Of a stretch of DNA of 64,000 nucleotides, positions 37,201 to 48,400 are shown one piece after another. The position numbers and the translations under genes were made by a program. Within the stretch, counting starts at the first letter, position 1, and each line of letters opens with the position of its first letter. The notes beneath the pieces were generated by a model. That model made no database searches, had not been told where the DNA came from, and saw only the letters and a list, made by a program, of their open reading frames with translations. This DNA comes from Iphione sp. A-MEVVRFRX5. Taxonomy: Eukaryota. The DNA lies in assembly GCA_976226885.1 (NCBI GenBank), contig OZ320319.1, positions 74,152,001-74,216,000 of the forward strand. Direction: 5' to 3'.

Positions 37201-40200
37201 CCTGCATTTGCACAGAACCTTCAATAGCTGGGTCGTAGGAGAGTATCCCCTCCTAATGGTATAAGATACGAGACTGTAGGGCTCACCCGCCGACGTTTTA
37301 TATTCTCCAGGATCCTTTCTCTTCTGCTTTACACGAGGCTCAAGAAGTTTGAAGAAAATGATGTCTGCCCTACCCTTTTACATGAAACCTGTACCTTTTG
37401 TGTTCTTTTTTGACAATAAGCAAGAATATCAGTGATGAACTACATGCTGACATTTTGAATATGTTATATGCCAAAGACTATCTGCTGAATTAACTACTAT
37501 AAATTTGCTCTCTTTTAATTTTCATACCAAGTGGACAATAATAACAACTTCATAAATTGATGAATTACCTAATCAATAATACTACAGTATGGACTACTCA
37601 ACTATCACCTGAACACTACCACTAACTCTGTTTATCCCTGACAACTGTTGCTAGGCATGAAATTGATGAGTCAAAGTGACTAACATGTTCACTGTCATTT
37701 GGCCTGAGGAAGCCTTACTGTAAAGGCGAAACGTTGCTGTAGACCACTGTATAATATCAAGTCATTAAAGTCCCAAGAACATAGCACTTTACTTGGTTGA
37801 GTTGTTTCCTTCCTAGATAGTCTTCTCTCTCTAGACAACTCACGCATCCCCCAGGGAACCCAAGAAAGTGCTAACCCTGGATTTTGTCACAAGGTTGATA
37901 TTGCCCCCACAAACTCTATTACTTAGTTTTGACAATATCGAGCATTCAATGGAATCCCACACTGACATAGAAGGCGTCAATGCCACCCCAGAGGGTAACA
38001 CCAGGGACACAGACAGTACCAGACAACTCAACAAGAGACAGAGAACATCCAGTAGCACACAACTAACAGATGACAGCAGTAGCAACAACAACCCTGAACA
38101 TGACACACCACCAATGGGCCCCTTTAGACCACTTCGACAAGAAGTGGTCTCAGTGTTCAGAACAATAAAAAAACTCCAAAAAGGAGTTATAACAGCAGAA
38201 CACCACTTAACTATGTTAAAGAAGCACTTACAACAAGGTACTGTACCGAAAGGGCTACAAGCGAACATCACAGCTCAAATACCCGATATTTCCCCTATCT
38301 TCCAGCTCAGATGGGAGACCGCGAGTGCCAACTTCAGCACAGAGTTGACCACCATATTATTCGATTACTGGACCCAGAGACTCCAAACACTGACCATTGA
38401 ATCCGACAACATCAAACAGGAAGCTGAGTCCAGATGCAACCCTCAAGAATTGGACCACATGAACAACCTACTGAAAGACAACAACAAACTTCTCCAAGAA
38501 GAACTGGAGAAACGACGAGAAAGAAAACTCGCAGATTTGTCAAAATCAAGGCAGCAGAAACCCAACAAGCAATAGTTAACCTATGAAGCTATCCCCTCTC
38601 CCAGGACGACCTGAAATTACTGAACAAAGGACTAAGCTTTGTCCCCAGCCCCAAACCCATTCATCCAGCTCACCTAATTCAAGACTCATTATTATTTGCC
38701 CGCCGACTAAGACTCAAACACCTATTCCAAGACGTAGAGGACAACAACACCACACACAATGCCTTATCCCAATTAAAACCCTCTTCAGGCTGGACCCCAC
38801 AACCAGGCAAAGACCAATTCATTGACTGTGCAATTACTACCATCAAAAGGAATATCACACTAAGAAGATCACCCCCCAACAAAGACAACCTAACACCCGA
38901 TGAGAGACTTTCCATTCACAAACTAACCCACGATTCGAACATTATCATCAAACCAGCAGACAAAGGAGGTGCTATTGTAATCCAAGACACAGCAAACTAC
39001 ATCCAGGAAGCAAATATACAATTACTGAATACTGAACACTATGAACAACTAACCACTGACCCGAATCCACAATATTACAAGGATATCAAAAAATTCATCG
39101 ACGGCTGTGTTGACTGTGGTTCTCTATCACCAGAAGCCCCTGACTGTCTCTTGAACAAAAACTTCCGTACCCCTGTCATCTACTTTTTACCCAAAATCCA
39201 CAAAGAGAATGTCCCAGGCAGACCAATTGTATCGGCCACCAACTCCCCTACAGAATTAATCTCCCACTGTGTAGACAACATACTTCGACCCCATGTTCCC
39301 TTGCTCCCCAGCTATGTAAGAGACACCAAAGACTTCATCAACAAGACCAAGGACTTCACTCTAAAAGAATCAGACATTATTGCTACTGTGGACGTTAGTT
39401 CTCTCTATACCAATATCCCACATGCAGAGGGTATCATAGCCGCACGTGAGACATTGCTAAGCAGACCACAAGATGAACCGCATACCTGGACGATTCTCCG
39501 CATGATTCTACAGATCCTAACTATGAACAGCTTCAGATTCAATGACAACATCTTCCACCAAATAAAGGGGACAGCTATGGGGACCCGCATGGCCCCCACA
39601 TATGCCAACCTCTTCATGGGTAAACTAGAACGAGAACTACTACATGATGCCCCAAGTACTCCAAGGATATGGCTCAGATACATTGATGACATTTTCATGG
39701 TCCACCCTGGACCAGAAGAGGCATATTACCAATTCATACGTTACCTTAACAGTAAACACAACTCCATCAAGTTCACAGAAGAACACAGCTGACAAGAAAT
39801 AAATTTCCTTGACACCACAGTCTACTGAGGTCAGAACAGCAAGCTTCAAACCAAACTCTTCAGTAAACCCACAGATGCACACATGTACTTGCATTTTGAC
39901 TCCCACCATTCAGCAACCCAACGAAAATCAATCCCCTACAGTAAGCTACTAAGGATCAAAATGATCAGTTCATGCCGCAAAGATTTTGAAAAAGATGCAC
40001 TCACCATGATGGGACACTTCAAAGCAAGGGGTTATCCGAACAAACTCCTACTGGATAACTACCACCAAGTTAGGAGCACGCCACGGTCGGACCTGCTTAC
40101 AGATAAACCTGCCAAGCAAACAGCCACCATACCACTAATCATAAACTACTATCAACGTGATGAAGTTTTCATCCGAAACACCCTGTCACAAGCACGGAAC

Positions 40201-43200
40201 ATTCTGGAAACATCACACAGAAACGAGAAACTCCTAGAAAACAGGATGCTAGTGGCCTTTCGAAAGGGCCCGAACTTAAGAGACATTCTAGTGAAGTCCC
40301 CATTCCCATTTGAGAAGAAACCCAGAGGCACACACAAATGCCCCAAGGGATGCTCAACCTGCCACAGAATGATTCTCACCGACAAAATCACAAACCCAAG
40401 TAACAATTGTGTTTTCTCCACAATAGGCTATGCAGATTGCAATACTTGCAATGTTGTCTACGCCATCAGTTGTTCACACTGCCTAAAACAATACATAGGA
40501 CAAACCAGTAACAGCATCCACACCAGACTCCTACAACACTTGGGGGATATCAGAAACTTCAGAACAATCAAACCAGTGGCATGTCACTTCACAACACCCT
40601 CCCATGCACAATCACGGATGTGAGAATCCAACATCTGGACATAATGGGGAATAATCTGAATGCCCGCCTACGCTTAGAAGAAGCCTGGATCAGGCTTCTG
40701 GCCACTTACCGTCCCACAGGTATGAACATTAGGGAATAGCCTCCAGTCCTGTTCATAATATCCACACATAATCAGACATATACATCCAACATCGACACCA
40801 TACTCCGAACAGTGCACTCATAACTTCATGAAGAAGCCTTCCCGCCAATTACATAACAACGCGATGACGTCACTACGTCATTACGTCAGCCGCCTCGATT
40901 ACCGTGACAACGCCAAAGACATTGTTTCAAATCAGTAACCGCAGACTAGACATTGCGTCGCCAACCTCAAGATGCTTGACCAGGAGAAGATATTAACTTG
41001 TAACGAATGCCAGGGCATCTTCTATGGAGACCGCTCACTTAAATGCCATGTAACAACACAACACAGTGACAAAGCCAATAGATTTGAGTGTAAGTTCTGC
41101 CAAAAATACTATGCCTCCAGAGCCACCCTCCTCCGACACATCAGGAAGAATCACGCCGGCAAGACAAGAGACAACCCATACAATCTGAAGGTAATTGCAG
41201 AAATCCCACCTTCCACGAGTATTCTTGAACCAGCTAGGAAGAATCCTCGTCTAGGGCGCCTCAACACTGTCAATACCTTAAAGTTTTGCCAAAATGACTG
41301 TGATCCTGCCAACATTGATGTAGAGTATATCTCACATGGCTCGACATTGCCCACACCATTGGCCAGTTCAACCCCGGTCTTAGATGAAAATCGCCAGAGC
41401 ACTAAACAACGCCTGGAACGTGTTGCTACCCGGTTATCAGCCATATTCACCAGTGATGATTTACCTCTATCTCCTGTTCATGTGTTATATAATGACCCAG
41501 TCATTCAATCGAACTGTATTACTGATGAACAACTACCTGCAATATGTCCGAGACTGCCTCCCGACGAATTTGCTGATCCACCTAAGGATGACACTCCGCC
41601 CATAAAGACACCCACTACTGAAATGGCTTCTGTGAAGCATACTGGATTGAAGGACTTCGACCAAAGCAACAACACTGAGACAACTAACAACCAGAACAAG
41701 GACATCAAATCCCCTGCCCGAAGCGCCCAGAACACCAAAACCCATGAAAGTAGCAGTAGTAGCAGCGACAGCAGTAGCAGCAGCGACAGCAGCAGCAGTA
41801 GCAGCAGCGGGAGCACCTGCAGCGGTTGCTCTGAATGCTCTGACAAGTCTTCCAAGCCTTCTAAAAAAGTCATACCAGTCATCAAACCATCCCCTATGAT
41901 GAATTCCATCCACACACAGACAGTCAAGGTTGTTGACACCGAACTGCCTGTGCCCAACCCGTACCCATCAGTGGGGGTGGATGTCCTGAGGGGTTTTTTG
42001 ACAATAAGCAAGAATATCAGTGATGAACTACATGCTGACATTTTGAATATGTTATATGCCAAAGACTATCTGCTGAATTAACTACTATAAATTTGCTCTC
42101 TTTTAATTTTCATACCGAGTGGACAATAATAGCAACTTCATAAATTGATGAATTACCTAATCAATAATACTACAGTATGGACTACTCAACTATCACCTGA
42201 ACACTACCACTAACTCTGTTTATCCCTGACAACTGTTGCTAGGCATGAAATTGATGAGTCAAAGTGACTAACATGTTCACTGTCATTTGGCCTGAGGAAG
42301 CCTTACTGTAAAGGCAAAACGTTGCTGTAGACCACTGTATAATATCAAGTCATTAAAGTCCCAAGAACATACCACTTTACTTGGTTGAGTTGTTTCCCTC
42401 CTAGATAGTCTTTTGTGTTCTAGGTAACTTAGATCAAGGGGAACCTGTACGAAACGACCTGAACTGTTTCTGGCTGTGCAGTACTCCTCATGGGATGATC
42501 ATGATGCTCAGTAGCAATGGTTATCAACCAGATTTTGATCATTGATCATCAATTTTAGAAAATCAATCAAAAATCAATATATGATCAGCTTTCGCGCTCG
42601 TCCCCTCTATAATTATTACCTTCTCTTCTGTATTCTCGTTGTCCTTACGTCTCCCGTTTTTTCTACCTATTTCTCAGCCTCTAAAAAAAGTAGTGATCCC
42701 TAATTACTTTGTCTCCACCTCCTTCCCCTTCCCCCTCCTCATTCCTCCTCCTTTCTCTCTACTTACTTCCTTTCCTAACTATTCTTTCTCCCCGTCTCAT
42801 CTTTTCCAACCCCTTTCTACCCCTTTCCCTCCTTCTATTCCTCCATCCCACATTTATTCCTGCTTTCTCCTGTACCTACTCTACGAAGCAGGGCATAAGG
42901 TAAAATTATTGCCATTTTAGTTATTTTCGATAGATGTGACGACAACCTATCATCTAACACATCCCTTCCACTTAATCGAGTTTCACCTAGATAACTGATG
43001 CCTCAACCTATTCCCACCAGATATACTCTAAGGAAGGAGTTCAACAGCCACTCATAAAAACTTGACTACCGCTAATCTCTCCAGGGTTTAAGCATAAACT
43101 TACCAACAACGAATTCGTCTCGATCATCGAGCGAGGACTTGCTCTTTTTGTCGGAGGCGTGGCTCTTGCTACTCTTCACTGTGTCTGGCCGCTCTGCTAT

Positions 43201-45395
43201 GACGGGTACAAGCTCTTCCTCTTTCTAACATGTAATGTATACAAGGTTAAACGGTGAGCACGAAGTGTTATAACTGCTTCATACTGGAACAGTGTCTATA
43301 TACAGTGGCCACTCCATATTCTATTACGTATACCTATATTTATCATGACTTAAATACAATAAGAAACCGGACTGCATCATCTAACAGTGTCTGCTCGTTC
43401 AAGAAGGAAATTCTTGGTGTCGTTGCACTTACCAGTTCTAGATTTTCTTCGGTGTCTTGTTTCTCTTCTTGATCTGTTTCCGATGTCGGTATCTCTTCAT
43501 CCTCATTGTAGAATGTTACCTTTATGATAGACAATGAAATAGTTACATGCATTCTTGTTGTATATATAATACGGGAAAGATTTCCGTGAGGAATCCATTC
43601 TGGAGGACTGTTACTGTGCAAATGTTGTGAGCCTCATGTGGCACTTTGAAGTAACAATTGGCGTTTAAATAAGACACATTTCAATCATTTTCGTGAACAT
43701 AGTTATATCTGGTAAAACAGGTGGTAAAAGGACGTGGAGTAGACCATTCACATCTATATGTCTCCCTCTCTATTGTGCCTAGGTACGATATTGGACAAAT
43801 ATGTGACCAAGACCAAATCTTTCGAAAAAGTTCATACTTAAACATTCCTATTCTCTACCGACGAGTCGATACATGTTGACACTAACTGCAGATTGAAATG
43901 TTGATTTCAAACAGTGTTTGAACAGGACATTAGTATAAGATTCTTGTATACTTTCATGAATCAGGTGGGATTTCGTGCTCTGTGATCACCAATATAAACA
44001 TGCCAAAAATGTGGTTACTGTTATGTGAGGGACACAAATGAAAGAGGCATTGTGGACTAGTTAGCTTCATAATGAAACGCTGCATCTTGTTCACTGTTAG
44101 TGTTCAGCTGCATTCACGATCTTAGCCGTAGTTCTAAACATATCCAAGCGACTTAACGTTCTGATTAGTCTTACATCTTTTTGAAACAATAAACAGATTT
44201 CAATGGCACACACGTGTGTATTAGTCTCTGAAATATGAAATTGAAACATAACACAGTGCAATGGTCCTTGAACAGATAGTCAATTGTACAGGCATTGTAC
44301 AGAATCCAAAAATCGATTTGCTCTGGGTTTCAGTAGCATTCATTTCGAAAATAAATGTAAAGATGCAGGGTATTAATGTGGTGGCTTATTATTAAATTAA
44401 TTAGAATCAACTGTATCGAACAGGAGGATGCATTCAATGGTAGCTGGGGAGGTGAAGATGTGAGCAGCAGGGATGATCAGAAGGGGTGTGTGGGGTCGTG
44501 CTCAGTCGCATCACTCAAATCTTACTTCCTTCTCCGTGGATGATGTGCTTATCTTAGAATCTTCTTTATCTCCCATTTGCTTCTCCTCTTCCTCCTTCTC
44601 CTCCTCCTCTTTCTCCTCCTTCTCCTCCGCCTTCTCCTCTTCTACTTCTTCCTGTGCCTTCTCTCTTTCTTCTTCCTTTAACACTTCTTCCTTAGGTTTG
44701 GCTACTTTCTCCTTTTCGATTCTTGGGCTTCGAGCCTTTCCATCTGTAGCTACCTCTGCAGCAGGGCTTTGGGTCATGTCAGAGTGAATGGGCTCTTCTG
44801 GGTCTCCGCTGTGTGCTTTCCCCTCATCTGGACTCTCATTTACTGCTTTCTTTGGAGGTTCATGTGCATGTAGCTATATCCGGGACATAGTGAATTATAT
44901 CTGTATGTTTATGTTTTTTTCTAAGAACAAACAACAAGTCTATTTTGACAGCTAATGATCTATAAAGTAAGTAGGTTATCTGCTAACGATAGTCGCTGCA
45001 TCCTATATCTAAAGGTATTTATCTTCTAGGTTTCTGATGGGTTTCACATATGGACGGAACATAATCAACGAGGGACAAGATAACAAAGCTTGCTTCCAGT
45101 AAAACATGACAACAAACTCTTACATCCGACTTGGCCTCCTTGCCCTCCTCTGCTGGAGATTCCGGCGTCACGCCTGCGTTTTCATCAGTGTCTTCGTTGT
45201 CCTCTTGCTCAGATTTAGCTTTCTCAGCCTCACCGTAATTGATAATCTCCATACCTGTCAAGGGAAAGATAGAGCTAGACATAATAAATGTCATCAGATG
45301 ACCTAACTATACAACCGGCCTTTCTCGCCTCGTTTCAAGCTATACATGGAATTTAAAAAGGACTTCCCCTGTTTGTTCCAACCCAATAACGTCCG

Positions 45396-45444
<49 letters not shown>

Positions 45445-48400
45445 CCTAATATTGTGTCCTACTATCACATCTTATCTGACAAACGTTAAAAAAAGCACAG
45501 GTATGATGTGAAAATCTATGCCCTAAATTTGACTCTCAAGGCTGGCTTTGGTTACGTCCCAAAAACCTAATGATGTTTTATGGTGTGTTTCGGAATCGCG
45601 GCTGACTTATAGGTAAATTAATATATCTTAGGCATAAACAAAAATATGCATGTTTCCTGGCAAACGACTGAGCCTGATTTTTGTCCTAGCTGAACGTTTT
45701 TATAAATATTTTTAAACAGGTGTGCCTTCATTGATAACAGACATAGAAAGACATGCTATACCTCATTTTCTTTCTCAGAGCATTGCCCTTCATGTAGGTT
45801 TTATTGCATTAAAATCTAGAGATGCAATCCTTAGAACTCATTAAAATGACTGTCTTCACTAAAAAAAAAAACAAAGAGAAACACCTTTGTACTGACATTG
45901 TACACTTTCAGACCAATAAAGGAAAGACAGAAATTTTGTAGGCATTCTCAAGTATCTATCTGGCCCTTTGCTTTTGAACTTTAGGCCTGGTTTCCATATC
46001 TGCGGAAGGGTGCGGACAGTGTCCGTCTGCGGGGCATTGCGTTATTTCTTCCACGCACCCTCACGCACAGGGGTGTCCTTCACCATCTGTGTCCTTATGA
46101 ATCAAAACTTATCTTCATGGCAAGACCATCAGTTAATTCACCATGCATGACCATACGTGTGCGCATGAAATTATCAAGCATGTGCCATGCACATGCACTC
46201 ATGCACATGGATGGTCACGCACATATTGAAACGTCTCTATGGTTAAGCACTTGTTCATAAAATGTGCACTGCCATGCATAGTCATGCACACAGATGGTCA
46301 CGCACATATGGAAACCAGGCCTTAGAGTACTATGATGTCCAGTCATCTGGTATTTACATACCCAGATCCCCTGTCACTGCAGCCCTATCGGCCGGAATAG
46401 ACCTTGGTGGTCCTGCAGGGGTCGGTGAACCACGCTCAGCACTTGCTGGATCTGGCAACGTTTCTGTAGGGATGGAAATGTTTAATCAAAACCTTATATC
46501 AAAGGAATAACGAGATATTCCTTCCTGTTCAAGAAAAATTACTCAACTTTATATGATATACATGTATATATATAGTCAAATGCCGATTTGTGACCACCCT
46601 TCATGCTGAGCAAAATTGCTCACATTAGGTGCTTTTGTTTGCATATTGGTAAGGGTTAATCAAGAAAGTAAGACTTCTGTTCTAAGATGAGGCTGTTATA
46701 TTGATGGTTTGCGTTCCTAAGCGGTATGGTCGCAAATAGCCATTTGTACGCAAATTTATATACATGTAGCACCATGCACCGTAAATGAAGGCTATCTCAT
46801 CGAAATAGAGCGACCAGTTAAATAAGGTATGCTATTTAGCTTAAACGTAAAATGGTTGTTATGTAAGGAAAATGTGTTCTAAGCTAGATAAATGGAACTG
46901 AGCAGAAACCTAGAAACACAGCTCAAAATACAAAGATGACTGCATGAAACAAGGCAAAAACAAACAAGGAATTCTAAAAAGAGACAGTATACTGAGTATT
47001 GTTATGGGATCTTAACTATATTATACATTATTACTATTCTAACATAAATTAGTCTTGATTAATTTAATTTGGAAGTATTCATAACGTGAATTTGACATTA
47101 TATAATCGATATTCTGCTGATTTCAAATGCCGATTTGGGGTACTAGTCAGGCTACTCGTGGCAGGATCGATTTTCGTTCACGATCAGTGGCAAAGTAAAA
47201 CAAAGGGTCTTTTGGAAAGGTTGTCTAATGGCACAAATTATGTGCAGGAAAAAAATTGACTGGAACGTCCTCTCGGACTGATGTTACCCTTACAGTTAAT
47301 GAGACAGTTGGTTTCAAGAGAATCAGAGACACTGTAAGAAATCTAAGAGTTCTAATTTTAGCTATAGAAAAGCTCCTTACATGGCGACTTAAAGCTAAAC
47401 ACGGAGAACTACCGAAAACCACGATGTCTCTTGTGCAACCTATAGCATGCACTACTCAAGACAAGATCTAGCTCTACGTATATCTATATACATGTCCTGT
47501 ACTTGCCTATGGCCACCGCTCCCCATGAAACTATGGCAATAATGGCGTAAAGTATCACAATTATCTCAATTATTGAAATACGTCAATATATTCCTTCATC
47601 AAATATTGCAAAAGAGGAAGGCACAGCACACGGGGATAGGAGTAGGGCATAGTAATATAGTACAAATGACGCACGGACTATATTGTAAAAGTTAAAGAAC
47701 AGTTCGACTCCTTTACATTTTGCATGGGGCCTAGGCGTGTATATAATTATATATAAATGATATATGTTTGCTGTTACCTTTCTTGGCTGGTTCCTGGTAG
47801 ATGTGACCCTCCTTGACACCTCCCAGCTGTCTGACTATGGCCGAGCTTCGTTGAGAGACTGGCCCAGATCGCCTTCCGGCAGCCATGCTCGTCGGACTCT
47901 TGGCCCGGATGAAACTCCGGCCCTGCTCATCTTTGTAAATCTAAACGAGAAGAACGTGTCATTTCGTCTCGATGGGAAAGAGAATAGGTTTCACTGCTAC
48001 TGGCCGTCAAGTCAGAGAACTCCATGTAGCCCCCGAAACAATCGAGTATTGAAATTAGCTTCAAACAAAGATTTCCCCGTTCATGTCTCTCAGTCTCTTT
48101 CTGTTCTATTCTTCCGTTTCTTCTACACTTTGGTCTTTAAAATCAGCCTGTCTCTGAGCAGCAATAAGCACACCAAACAATAGGGGACTGTTCATTCATA
48201 GATTTTATGTTCACTTATGGACCTCACCTTTCTCTCTTCTGAAATCCTTGCTTATTTAAACCTTATGTCAACTCATATATATATATACACATAAACATAG
48301 AGAAATTAATACCGTGTGCGTGTGTATAGGCATTTACCTCGATGTCGTTAGGACCAAGCCGGTCTTGAACAAGGGATTGGACCAGATCAGACGAGATCTC

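Larger units (their letters stand above)
37406..42410 (+). mobile_element. Full-length Penelope-like retroelement (C-terminal GIY-YIG type, Neptune-like) with direct pseudo-LTRs and an extra zinc-finger ORF
   Basis: 10-bp target duplication TTTTGTGTTC (37396-37405 and 42411-42420); 417-bp direct repeats; PLE RT motifs; GIY-YIG endonuclease; hammerhead motifs. Lies antisense within the intron between exons 43104 and 36963. Confidence 0.93.

Noticed and set aside
38679-42062. Minus-strand ORFs inside the PLE (39405-39698, 41151-41450, 41505-42062 and others)
   Set aside because: Antisense to the real ORFs of an A/C-rich coding strand; no motifs of their own.
37406-42410. Reading the 417-bp direct repeats as true LTRs, or the element as DIRS/Ngaro
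   Set aside because: No TG...CA ends, PBS, PPT, RNase H, integrase or tyrosine recombinase; the RT motifs and GIY-YIG domain are PLE-type.
47256-47471. 71-aa plus-strand ORF within an intron of the large gene
   Set aside because: TTG start, no splice context and no recognisable motif.
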